IMG/VR virus record: IMGVR_UViG_3300042293_000433
Origin: a virus
Lineage: Duplodnaviria; Heunggongvirae; Uroviricota; Caudoviricetes
DNA: 64,000 nucleotides
Strand: one strand, 5' to 3'
Part shown: positions 1 to 8,263 of the stretch, piece after piece
How the letters are laid out: each line of letters starts with the position of its first letter
How positions within the stretch are numbered: the first letter of the stretch is position 1
The notes under the pieces: generated by a model
Databases searched by the model: none
What the model saw: the letters and a program-made list of their open reading frames with translations, nothing else
Told to the model about the DNA's origin: nothing
Made by a program: the position numbers and the translations under genes

Positions 1-432
1 ATATCCACGTGTTGCGTATATGTGGTCTCTTACCCCATTCTCATTAATCATATGATTTACTATTACCCAACTATTTAAATTTGTTGAATACATATCTAAT
101 CTATGAAAATATGCTGGTAATTCTAATAACAATAGTAACTTATCTTTTTTATCCCAATTTCGTTTTACAAAATCAAAAGCTTCTCTAACTGCTCTACCAG
201 TTCCGCCACCACTCGCTGCTTTGTTTTCTACCTTACATCCCAACATATCTGCCAATCTACTAGCATATGTAACTTCTAATGTGTTATCCCACCATACATT
301 ATATTTTTCTTTATAAACATCACGTACTAATGTTACCTTATCATCTGCATATTTAATAGTTTCTAATCCGCCACCCGCACTATGTGAACATCCGGTTGCA
401 AATACTATTTCTATGTTATGTTTATTTGTCAT
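1..432 (-). CDS. SGNH/GDSL-like hydrolase family paralog (partial, C-terminus beyond window start)
   Basis: Manual translation from ATG at 432-430 gives MTNKHNIEIVFATGCSHSAGGG..., matching the GCSHSAG block-I motif of the paralogs at 2682..3476; no stop before position 1; start overlaps stop of 429..641 (ATGA). Confidence 0.5.
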   Translation of the reverse strand, partial: MTNKHNIEIVFATGCSHSAGGGLETIKYADDKVTLVRDVYKEKYNVWWDNTLEVTYASRLADMLGCKVENKAASGGGTGRAVREAFDFVKRNWDKKDKLLLLLELPAYFHRLDMYSTNLNSWVIVNHMINENGVRDHIYATRGY

Positions 433-641
433 ATGAATTTTTTACACCTTTCGATTGATTCGTTTTCTGCTCTTGCTTTTGCTCTATACATTATTCTAAC
501 AATAGCACCTAATTGTTCATCGGTTAAATCATCATCTAATATTATTTCTTTACGAATTAATAATGTTTCTTTAGCTTCCTCTGCCCATGCTATTATTTCT
601 TTTGCGTAATGTTTTTCCATATTAATTAAACCATTTATCAA
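429..641 (-). CDS. hypothetical protein
   Basis: 70-aa ORF in same-strand tightly packed array; stop overlaps next start. Confidence 0.4.
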   Translation of the reverse strand: MINGLINMEKHYAKEIIAWAEEAKETLLIRKEIILDDDLTDEQLGAIVRIMYRAKARAENESIERCKKFI

Positions 642-837
642 ATTCAGTTGGCTCTGGTCTGTCTACTTTATTTGTGGGTGTTTTCTTTTTAGGTGTTTGT
701 TTCTTTACAATAGTGGGATTTAATTCTGCTTTTAATTGAATTTTCTCTCTCATTGTTAAATCGGTCATTCTATGATATTGTTTTAAATCCAATGCCGAGT
801 CAACTATGTAATATCCATCCTTATCTTGCTTCAACAT
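622..837 (-). CDS. hypothetical protein (Lys/Pro-rich C-terminus)
   Basis: 71-aa ORF, minus-strand array. Confidence 0.4.
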   Translation of the reverse strand: MLKQDKDGYYIVDSALDLKQYHRMTDLTMREKIQLKAELNPTIVKKQTPKKKTPTNKVDRPEPTEFDKWFN

Positions 838-1102
838 TGCTTTCAGTTTTAATCATTTGTTTATGTATTCTCGCTGCTACTTCATACCATTCATTTGTTA
901 CACATACTTCTAACATATCGGGTAACATGCTTTCATCAAACTCTAATTCGTTTTGCTCATCAGTATTTTTTTCGTATAACTCAATAAGTTCATCCATCAC
1001 ACCTTCCATAAACTCACTATCCTTTAATGTGTTTATAAGTTGCTGCATAAATAACTTTCTTATCTCACCATCTCCTTTGTGCTTATCACGTCTGCTTTTC
1101 AT
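821..1102 (-). CDS. hypothetical protein
   Basis: 93-aa ORF, acidic, minus-strand array. Confidence 0.4.
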   Translation of the reverse strand: MKSRRDKHKGDGEIRKLFMQQLINTLKDSEFMEGVMDELIELYEKNTDEQNELEFDESMLPDMLEVCVTNEWYEVAARIHKQMIKTESNVEAR

Positions 1103-1103
1103 A

Positions 1104-1658
1104 TTAGTTATTGGTTGTATCGGTTAAAGGAACTATTGATTGTCTATTTGCATCACCATCACTTATAACTCTGATTGAATTGATTTCAGCTAAATCCGTT
1201 AAAGTGACCTTTTCTATATTAATACCCCACTCTTTAACTTTAGCACCAATTGTTTTTGTTAGTTCAACTTCAATATCAACCAGGTCTTCCCAATTCCTTT
1301 CCTCAATAATTTCTCTAATCATTGCACCGGTTGTATCTACTAATACATCAGTTGGGTGTGCTAACTTAGTTAAGAATAAATATGCATCTTCAATATCATA
1401 TCTAACAATTGCTCTTACTACTATGTTTCTATAATCTAATGATGTGATTGATTGTGGATGTAAATGTATTGATTGTGTTACAACGGTTTGATGCCATATT
1501 GAATCTACAAATGGTATTTTCCAATGTAGACCTGGATCTTTTATATCATTAAACTTACCAAATCTTAACACCAATGCTTTTTCCCACATATCCACTACAA
1601 ATACGGGCATTATTGAATGTCCAAATTGTTGTATTACTGCTATTAATTTATCAAACAT
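1104..1658 (-). CDS. SPFH/band-7 (stomatin/prohibitin-like) domain protein
   Basis: 184 aa; ALVLRFGKF...PGLHWKIPFVDSI...RAIVRYDIEDAYLF pattern typical of SPFH domain; TCGTATCTTTA motif 15 nt upstream. Confidence 0.6.
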   Translation of the reverse strand: MFDKLIAVIQQFGHSIMPVFVVDMWEKALVLRFGKFNDIKDPGLHWKIPFVDSIWHQTVVTQSIHLHPQSITSLDYRNIVVRAIVRYDIEDAYLFLTKLAHPTDVLVDTTGAMIREIIEERNWEDLVDIEVELTKTIGAKVKEWGINIEKVTLTDLAEINSIRVISDGDANRQSIVPLTDTTNN

Positions 1659-1672
1659 ATTCTTATTTTATA

Positions 1673-1683
1673 TAAAGATACGA
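1673..1683 (-). promoter_or_regulatory. conserved upstream motif TCGTATCTTTA (sense), candidate promoter element
   Basis: plus-strand taaagatacga; 15 nt upstream of ATG of 1104..1658; same motif recurs upstream of at least 7 other genes. Confidence 0.4.
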
Positions 1684-1776
1684 TAAATTTATGAGAATAC
1701 CAAATCCTATTGAGATTTTCTATTCTTAGCTTTTACATCAATAGTGCCTTTGGTATTAGTTTTACCAACTGAATTA

Positions 1777-2046
1777 TTAGCTACTACCTTGTTCTGCTTC
1801 TTCTTGTCCGACTTCATTATGTTCTGCAATAGGATGTCCTTTTGACTCATTGATTTGCTCATATTCTAAATCTTGTATTGTTTCTAAAAATATATAATCG
1901 TTGGATGTTTTAGGTCTTACTATGTAATCTGCTCCATAATATTCTTTTGCCAATTCCAAATCGTTTATTCGTTCACCATTGATTGTTTTTTTAACGATAT
2001 ATAATTTATCATTAAACCGCATCAATTGTCTATTGAATTGAAACAT
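1777..2046 (-). CDS. hypothetical protein
   Basis: 89-aa ORF. Confidence 0.4.
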   Translation of the reverse strand: MFQFNRQLMRFNDKLYIVKKTINGERINDLELAKEYYGADYIVRPKTSNDYIFLETIQDLEYEQINESKGHPIAEHNEVGQEEAEQGSS

Positions 2047-2047
2047 A

Positions 2048-2251
2048 TTATTTAGATTTTGTTTCTTTTGCTTTTTGCTCTGCTAAATAATCACCTAATA
2101 CTTTACTACCTCTCTTAGTAGTCATTAATTCTTTTTGTGAAACTCTTATACCATTACGATATACTCTTAATTCTAGCTCCTCACCATTTTTTAACATAAA
2201 GAAATGATATTCAGGCTTAAAGAATTGCTTTATTTTTCTAAATATATTCAT
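2048..2251 (-). CDS. hypothetical protein
   Basis: 67-aa ORF, basic. Confidence 0.35.
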   Translation of the reverse strand: MNIFRKIKQFFKPEYHFFMLKNGEELELRVYRNGIRVSQKELMTTKRGSKVLGDYLAEQKAKETKSK

Positions 2252-2281
2252 AGTTTAAATATACAATAAGTTATCCATTAT

Positions 2282-2320
2282 ACCAAACAAAAATAGGGGT
2301 ATTTTTTAATTACCCCTATT
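2282..2320 (-). terminator. rho-independent terminator (minus strand)
   Basis: 9-bp perfect stem ataggggta/tacccctat (2293-2301/2311-2319) followed on minus-strand RNA by UUUUUGUUUGG; lies just downstream of the 3' end of CDS 2343..2678. Confidence 0.5.
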
Positions 2321-2342
2321 ATTTAATATAAAATATATAATA

Positions 2343-2678
2343 TTATTCTGCTACTTCTTCTGTAATTTCCACAACTGGTCCAACACCTGTCTCATGTACA
2401 TCTTCAGGTGCAATACCATTCACATCTTTATCCCAAACAAAACAATATCCAGGGTTTGCTACTGATGCTGCTGATGCTTTTACTTTATCATTTGGAGTGA
2501 TAACTAAGTATCTGTCGGTTTCAAACTCATCCATACTTAACACATCTGCTGTGAATATAGTACCATCTTCATTTACTAATGTAACACCAACTTGTCCAGC
2601 TTGAAATAATGCTTCGTTTGCATCTGATAATTCTCTGAATCCAGCGTATTTAACTTCTCTTGTTATTAATTCTGACAT
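2343..2678 (-). CDS. hypothetical protein
   Basis: 111-aa ORF, acidic. Confidence 0.45.
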   Translation of the reverse strand: MSELITREVKYAGFRELSDANEALFQAGQVGVTLVNEDGTIFTADVLSMDEFETDRYLVITPNDKVKASAASVANPGYCFVWDKDVNGIAPEDVHETGVGPVVEITEEVAE

Positions 2679-2681
2679 TTT

Positions 2682-3476
2682 TTAATCTCCGTTTTCTTTT
2701 ATATAAGTATTATGATTTATGTAATTAAGTATGTTTTTGGCTATAAATTTATGTCCAATTTCTCCAAAATGTGAATCTTTTACTATCTTAGTAGTTTCAA
2801 ATTCAATAATTAAATCAGTATTCCAATCTATATGATTACTACATTCATATGCTGTTTCTACAATACCTCTATCACATTCAAATTTAATTAAATTAGGAAA
2901 ATCTAATATAGTTGTATTTTCTTTTATACACTGCTCTATATTTGGATAACTCCATAAAAATACATTCTTAGTTATATTACTTTTAATGTAATTTAATAGT
3001 GATAATATCATTACAACTGAATTTATTGATATCCAATCTTCAAAATCTAAGTGTGCCATATAAAATTGGCGGTATTTATCATTATCATATTTTAAACCAC
3101 CACCTGCTTGAAATGCAGTAGTTTCCCATTTTCCGTCATCATTTTTATATGGAACTTCGAATCTATGATAATGTGTTAATTGAAATAATATAACATCATT
3201 TTCTTTTATGTTCGGTAAATCTTTTAATAACTTTTTAAATTGTTGAGAATTACTATCACCACCTTCGGCTCTTAATATCCAATCCAATTTCAATTCATCT
3301 GCTATTATTTCAAAAAATGGTATTCCCTTTCTACCCAACCATTTGGTATATTCGGTTTCCATAAAATTAATGTCATCTTTTATTCTTGGTAATCCTGGAT
3401 CTTCAAAATGTGAATAACCTAATAGATTGCCGGCACTATGTGAACATCCATATATGTATAACTTATCCATTTTCAA
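2682..3476 (-). CDS. SGNH/GDSL-like hydrolase family paralog
   Basis: 264 aa; N-terminal LYIYGCSHSAGN (block I GxSxxxG-like) and C-terminal DSHFGEIGH (block V DxxH). Confidence 0.55.
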   Translation of the reverse strand: MKMDKLYIYGCSHSAGNLLGYSHFEDPGLPRIKDDINFMETEYTKWLGRKGIPFFEIIADELKLDWILRAEGGDSNSQQFKKLLKDLPNIKENDVILFQLTHYHRFEVPYKNDDGKWETTAFQAGGGLKYDNDKYRQFYMAHLDFEDWISINSVVMILSLLNYIKSNITKNVFLWSYPNIEQCIKENTTILDFPNLIKFECDRGIVETAYECSNHIDWNTDLIIEFETTKIVKDSHFGEIGHKFIAKNILNYINHNTYIKENGD

Positions 3477-4188
3477 AATGTTTTATTATATAATCTGCCC
3501 AAAGTTTATGACCAGGTTCACCAAAGTGTCCATCTGGAATGGTATTGTTTGTTTCTTGTGCTAATGCCATTTTATTATCATACATAAAAGAACTAAATTT
3601 AGTGTATTTATCTGGCATTAAAAATATATTTGCATCATCTACTTCTATTAAATCGTTATCATGTGTCCATACACACACATTATCACATACTGAATTTAAT
3701 AAATACTTTATTGCTTTAATTTCTCGAATTAATCTATCTTTGAATACTTTATTATTTCTATTTAGTATCACTCCTAATAATCCACTTTTGCTTAATCCAT
3801 ACATTTCAAATACATCATCCGGTGTTGTTGATATGCTACCTATATTAGTTGGTTGTAATACGTCATTTATTAGTATATCAAATCTTTCAAAGTAAGATAT
3901 TCCAATTATAATATAATCATTTTTATTTATATCTTTTATATGTGCAAATACACTATCAAATATCATTTCATTTGATGCACCACCTCTAGCCGTATTAACT
4001 AATTCTAAATTGAAATGGTTAGACACATAATCAGGATAGATTAGAATTTCTTCTCCATCCTGTTTATTTAAATATTTTCTATATGAAAGTGTGGTCGGTG
4101 AATATGGGTTTTCTTTAGGTGAACGAATACACCCATCACCTGCGGTAAAAGAATCACCGAAACACCATAATTTATTTTGTGTAACCAT
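3463..4188 (-). CDS. SGNH/GDSL hydrolase family paralog
   Basis: 241 aa; canonical GDSFTAGDG near N-terminus, DGHFGEPGH near C-terminus. Confidence 0.65.
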   Translation of the reverse strand: MVTQNKLWCFGDSFTAGDGCIRSPKENPYSPTTLSYRKYLNKQDGEEILIYPDYVSNHFNLELVNTARGGASNEMIFDSVFAHIKDINKNDYIIIGISYFERFDILINDVLQPTNIGSISTTPDDVFEMYGLSKSGLLGVILNRNNKVFKDRLIREIKAIKYLLNSVCDNVCVWTHDNDLIEVDDANIFLMPDKYTKFSSFMYDNKMALAQETNNTIPDGHFGEPGHKLWADYIIKHFENG

Positions 4189-4205
4189 TATTTAGTATTA
4201 ATATA

Positions 4206-4553
4206 CTACCATTCAATCAACTTAGCAATAGGCCATGCTGGATTTGAAATACTTACTAAATGTGCTTCTTCTACTAATCTTTCTTTTAATTCATCATCTT
4301 CGATGTCTAAAAAATTAACATGTTCGTATTTCACTAATTCGTCTTCAGCAATTGTTATTGTTGAAAATGTATTATCTTTATTTAATACAATAAGTCCAAA
4401 TAATTTTGCTTCTACTAATTCTACATTTCCAGCGTGCTCTAAAAATGGTTCAAATGCTTCTAAATTTATCATTTTGTTTTGTTTTATATAAATATATGTT
4501 TTTATTATTACAATGTAACTACACCACGTTTTTGTACAACTTTTGTTGCACAA
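4206..4553 (-). CDS. hypothetical protein
   Basis: 115-aa ORF. Confidence 0.4.
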   Translation of the reverse strand: MCNKSCTKTWCSYIVIIKTYIYIKQNKMINLEAFEPFLEHAGNVELVEAKLFGLIVLNKDNTFSTITIAEDELVKYEHVNFLDIEDDELKERLVEEAHLVSISNPAWPIAKLIEW

Positions 4554-5239
4554 TCATTTGCGTATTCAATACTAACTTCTATACTTTTTGTTTTTAAATA
4601 ACTAATTACTAATGAAGCCATAAAGGTATCACCTGCACCACTCAAATCTCTAACCTCAATATCGTTGTTAACCGGATATGTAATACCATCATACATTGCA
4701 CCTCGTTCACTCATTGTTATAATTAATCTTTCTCGCCACATTTCGTATTCCTGTCCTTTACAATTTTCCCACTCAACTTCATTTATCTTAATGAATGTAT
4801 AATTACGCATTTCTGCTGATAATGGTTTCTTTGTATCTATAAAAGTTAATGGATGTGAATCACTAATCAATTTCAAATCTGATAATGATAGAAATCCTTT
4901 GTCATAATCACTTACAATAACTGCATCATAATCATTGAATGGAACTCTTTTAACATCAAATGAATTGCTAACCTTATCATTACTGTCAATTCTGATAATC
5001 ATATGATTTGCTTTTTCCTCTACATATCTAGTCTTTGTAATTTGTTCTTTGTTAGTAACCAACTCAACTTTCTCAGCTCCCAACGATTTAAGATTAGCTA
5101 CTACATTACCACTCATACCCATATTGGTAATTGTTCTACTCGGTTCAAATATTGGCACAGGTCCTTCGGGACATAATCTTTTACAATAACCATATACAAA
5201 TACATCAGTACAACTATCACCGATAACTAAAACTTTCAT
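4508..5239 (-). CDS. hldA: D-glycero-beta-D-manno-heptose-7-phosphate kinase (HldE domain I / HldA-like, PfkB fold)
   Basis: 243 aa; VLVIGDSCTDVFVYG..RLCPEGPVPIF, GMSGNVVANLKSLGA, VIVSDYDKG, DLSGAGDTFMASL align by eye to E. coli HldE N-domain blocks (VVGDVMLDRYWYG..ISPEAPVPVV, GGAANVA, LSDYAKG, GAGDT). Confidence 0.8.
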   Translation of the reverse strand: MKVLVIGDSCTDVFVYGYCKRLCPEGPVPIFEPSRTITNMGMSGNVVANLKSLGAEKVELVTNKEQITKTRYVEEKANHMIIRIDSNDKVSNSFDVKRVPFNDYDAVIVSDYDKGFLSLSDLKLISDSHPLTFIDTKKPLSAEMRNYTFIKINEVEWENCKGQEYEMWRERLIITMSERGAMYDGITYPVNNDIEVRDLSGAGDTFMASLVISYLKTKSIEVSIEYANDCATKVVQKRGVVTL

Positions 5240-5907
5240 AATAACGATTTCCTATAAGTATTAATATATTCAAAAAAATGATTAGCCATTCGTTGATGTC
5301 CTAACTCATTAAAATGTTTATCAATATTACCATTCGGTTCTATAATATGTTGTTCCTCTAATTGGTCTTGCCACTTTGTATAAAACGAATAGTTTGTAAA
5401 TTCGTTTGTTGAATTGGGTGCCGGAATAAAGTTTATAATTTCTTTATATTTTTTAAAATCTGAATGGGTTTGTCCTTCCGCACTCCAATAGTAAATTGGT
5501 ATTTTATTTTTAATGCACCAATCATTTACCTGTTTCTTAAACCATTTGTAATTAACATTTCGCATTTCTATTAAATTATCTGCAAATGTTCCATGATGTT
5601 TTATAAAGTATGCCTCCAAATCTATTAATTGTGCTTTTGTTGGATAAATATTATACCTATCAAAAAATGTAAATTCAAATACAACCTTATCACCTGGTTG
5701 AATTTCATCTCGCCTATCTATGAATTGCAATATAGATACCCAATTACATTGTCCAGGATGTGCACTATTTACTAATTCTAAATCTAATTTATCCGCTAAT
5801 ACATACGGCCAACTAATTCTTAATTTATCTTCATCCAGTGGGTCAACTAAATTCATTCCAGTTGAAAATGAACATCCAAATACCCAAAGTTTATTTTTCA
5901 TTATCAT
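5236..5907 (-). CDS. SGNH/GDSL-like hydrolase family paralog
   Basis: 223 aa; KLWVFGCSFSTGMNL and DKHFNELGH; same architecture as 3463..4188. Confidence 0.55.
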   Translation of the reverse strand: MIMKNKLWVFGCSFSTGMNLVDPLDEDKLRISWPYVLADKLDLELVNSAHPGQCNWVSILQFIDRRDEIQPGDKVVFEFTFFDRYNIYPTKAQLIDLEAYFIKHHGTFADNLIEMRNVNYKWFKKQVNDWCIKNKIPIYYWSAEGQTHSDFKKYKEIINFIPAPNSTNEFTNYSFYTKWQDQLEEQHIIEPNGNIDKHFNELGHQRMANHFFEYINTYRKSLL

Positions 5908-6043
5908 TCCAATTTAAAAAATCTTCACCTTTGTAATCGGGATGATTTTCTTTCATATAGTCAATACCTCTTACCCAAAAAAATGAAACGATTGCAGCCA
6001 TTATAAAGCTGCAACCGATTCCTATTACATAACTCATTATCAT
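5891..6043 (-). CDS. small hydrophobic protein (50 aa)
   Basis: Manual translation MIMSYVIGIGCSFIMAAIVSFFWVRGIDYMKENHPDYK...; one predicted TM; fills the gap between two genes. Confidence 0.25.
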   Translation of the reverse strand: MIMSYVIGIGCSFIMAAIVSFFWVRGIDYMKENHPDYKGEDFLNWNDNEK

Positions 6044-6046
6044 ATA

Positions 6047-6757
6047 TTATTCTTTTATTTCTATTGAACTCCAATCATTTGTTTCACTGTCCCATATCCA
6101 AATAGGATTAGCTAATACATAACGAATGTTTAATAACGATGCATTCAAACTTATCATACCTTCTAGCGGCACTTCGGTTTCCTCTTTAATCATTCCACCA
6201 CATTCATGTATGTGTCCAAATACGTGGACCTTAGGGTGTATGTCGTTGATTCTATTGGCTAACATTTCACATCCAACATGGTAGTTGCCTCTTACACTTA
6301 CATCAAATCTACCATATCTCGGTGTATGTGTCACTAACAAATCTACACTTCCGTCCGTTGGAACTTTTTGCCATACTTCATCTAACTCTGCGTTTCTTTG
6401 TTTCATAAATGCCCACATACCGAATACAGGAGACCATGGGCTACCATAGATACCTAATCCATCAATGTTTATAAAACTATCTTCTAAATAGGTAACTCCA
6501 TAATTGTTTGCTAATAACCAATTACGCCTATCGGTTTGCTGTAACACAAAATCATGATTACCCGCTACTAATACTTTATGTTTTGCATTTTGTTTGCTAA
6601 ACCAATTCATAAATAAATCGGTTTCTTCAAACTCACCATAACGAGTACAATCCCCACTATGCACAATAATATCTACATAGGGTAACTCACCATATAATTC
6701 AGTAATCTCAAGATGTCTACCATGAGTGTCACTTAAAAACATTATTTTCATAACCAA
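6047..6757 (-). CDS. calcineurin-like metallophosphoesterase
   Basis: 236 aa; ordered MPP motifs LSDTHGRH (DxH), HSGDCTRYG (GD), AGNHD (GNHD), GHIHE (GH). Confidence 0.75.
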   Translation of the reverse strand: MVMKIMFLSDTHGRHLEITELYGELPYVDIIVHSGDCTRYGEFEETDLFMNWFSKQNAKHKVLVAGNHDFVLQQTDRRNWLLANNYGVTYLEDSFINIDGLGIYGSPWSPVFGMWAFMKQRNAELDEVWQKVPTDGSVDLLVTHTPRYGRFDVSVRGNYHVGCEMLANRINDIHPKVHVFGHIHECGGMIKEETEVPLEGMISLNASLLNIRYVLANPIWIWDSETNDWSSIEIKE

Positions 6758-7886
6758 TTAATTTATCTATTTCTAATATTGTATTTGTAGGATTAAAACT
6801 ATCCATTATAAACTTATAATTCTTTTCTAATCTTTGTTGAACACTATCCGATTCATATATTGCCTTAACTTTATCAATTGATAATTCATTGATTCGTTTT
6901 AAAGCATCTACAAATAGTTCTATTCTTTGTGTTTCCGTTTTATTATCATCCCAACCAATTTCTAATCCAAATACATCTTCAAATGTTTCTATTCCATATT
7001 GTCTCAATGCTGAGTTAAATCCATTACATTGTAAAGATAAGAATATATTTTTACATAACCAAGATCTAATTGTTTTTTCTGTTAATCTTAAATCATCCCC
7101 ACTATCACCACTGCTCTCAATAGTAAATGAAATATATGAATCTAATGAGTTTGTATTGATACTATCATACATATCATTTGTATCTGAACTTTGTATTTGT
7201 CCTAATGCTACCGCATCTTTGTTCTCATATATAAAAAACTCATTTACAAATTGATTTAAGTATTCGATATCAATTACTAAATCATCATTACCACTACGTC
7301 CCCCACCAGGTCTATTTCTATAATTAATAAAATCTTCTATTGTAGAGAGATTACCAAACGTATCTTTTTTTATTATATTACCAAAGGTATAATAACATTC
7401 GTTTAATTCAATACCTTTTTTTTTGAGCAATTCAAATATTTTAAGTCTTCGTAAATTTATAGACCTATTAAAGAAATTAAACTTCTTTGTTCTATTATTG
7501 TTTGGTATATATGCTACTTTTGAAAACAAGTTTGTAAATGGATAACATCTATTTTTAAATGATATATCATTTTCAATACTATACACATCTAAATGCGTTG
7601 TTAAGAAATATATAGTATGATTTGTATTTCTATTTTCTACAATTGCTTTACGCCTATGTTCATTACAATATTCATGTTTAATAAACAAAAATATATTTAA
7701 TTTTAAATTTGGATTTACTGATTCATTTATCTTATCGATTGTATCTAATGTAATAAATAATACATCATTATCTTTAAGATTATCAATAAAACTAAAATCA
7801 TTATATTGTAATTCTATAAGATTATACCCAATTGATTCAAAATATTTAAAGTCTAAACCATAAATAGAATCGTAATAAAATGTCAT
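6729..7886 (-). CDS. GT10-like (alpha-1,3-fucosyltransferase family) glycosyltransferase paralog
   Basis: 385 aa; FTIESS...LTEKTIRSWLCKNIFLSL resembles FucT motif FENS....YxTEK(L/F)W; shares this plus FNFFNR..RLKIFELL block with 22263..23360 and 23353..24609. Confidence 0.4.
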   Translation of the reverse strand: MTFYYDSIYGLDFKYFESIGYNLIELQYNDFSFIDNLKDNDVLFITLDTIDKINESVNPNLKLNIFLFIKHEYCNEHRRKAIVENRNTNHTIYFLTTHLDVYSIENDISFKNRCYPFTNLFSKVAYIPNNNRTKKFNFFNRSINLRRLKIFELLKKKGIELNECYYTFGNIIKKDTFGNLSTIEDFINYRNRPGGGRSGNDDLVIDIEYLNQFVNEFFIYENKDAVALGQIQSSDTNDMYDSINTNSLDSYISFTIESSGDSGDDLRLTEKTIRSWLCKNIFLSLQCNGFNSALRQYGIETFEDVFGLEIGWDDNKTETQRIELFVDALKRINELSIDKVKAIYESDSVQQRLEKNYKFIMDSFNPTNTILEIDKLIGYENNVFK

Positions 7887-7887
7887 T

Positions 7888-8085
7888 TTATATTTTTAAA
7901 TCTTTAATCGTATCAACTATATCTGCTTCATCTTTATATATTTCATATACCTTATCCAATGCGTCATTATAGGCCACTTCTGCTATTTTATGTGCATCAT
8001 CTAATTTAATATACGAAAATGTATCACCATCTTTGTTTTTAAGCGAAAGGAAGCCAGTTGCTTTTAATTTGTTTTCCCATTTCAT
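7888..8085 (-). CDS. hypothetical protein
   Basis: 65-aa ORF. Confidence 0.35.
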   Translation of the reverse strand: MKWENKLKATGFLSLKNKDGDTFSYIKLDDAHKIAEVAYNDALDKVYEIYKDEADIVDTIKDLKI

Positions 8086-8090
8086 ATGTA

Positions 8091-8260
8091 CTACTTTTTT
8101 GAATAAGTATCATCCTTTGTAAGTTTCCGTAATAAATCTTGCTGACCCTTTGTAAAATTACCCTTCTCAGTAAGATGTTTATCTAACGATTCTAATAATT
8201 TAAGTTTGCGAGTAAAGTAATCTCTCGCTTGTTCTAATAGTAATCTATCGTATCTACTCA
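8091..8260 (-). CDS. small hypothetical protein (56 aa)
   Basis: Manual translation MSRYDRLLLEQARDYFTRKLKLLESLDKHLTEKGNF...; fills a 180-bp gap. Confidence 0.25.
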
Positions 8261-8263
8261 TAG

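Noticed and set aside
753-1434. Plus-strand ORFs from the six-frame track (for example 753..1127, 1111..1434, 3539..3895, 4177..4491, 6889..7254, 8484..8744 and all other + entries)
   Set aside because: They lie antisense within longer minus-strand genes, encode low-complexity Ser/Leu/Ile/Phe-rich peptides typical of AT-rich shadow frames, and have no upstream signals. None was supported.
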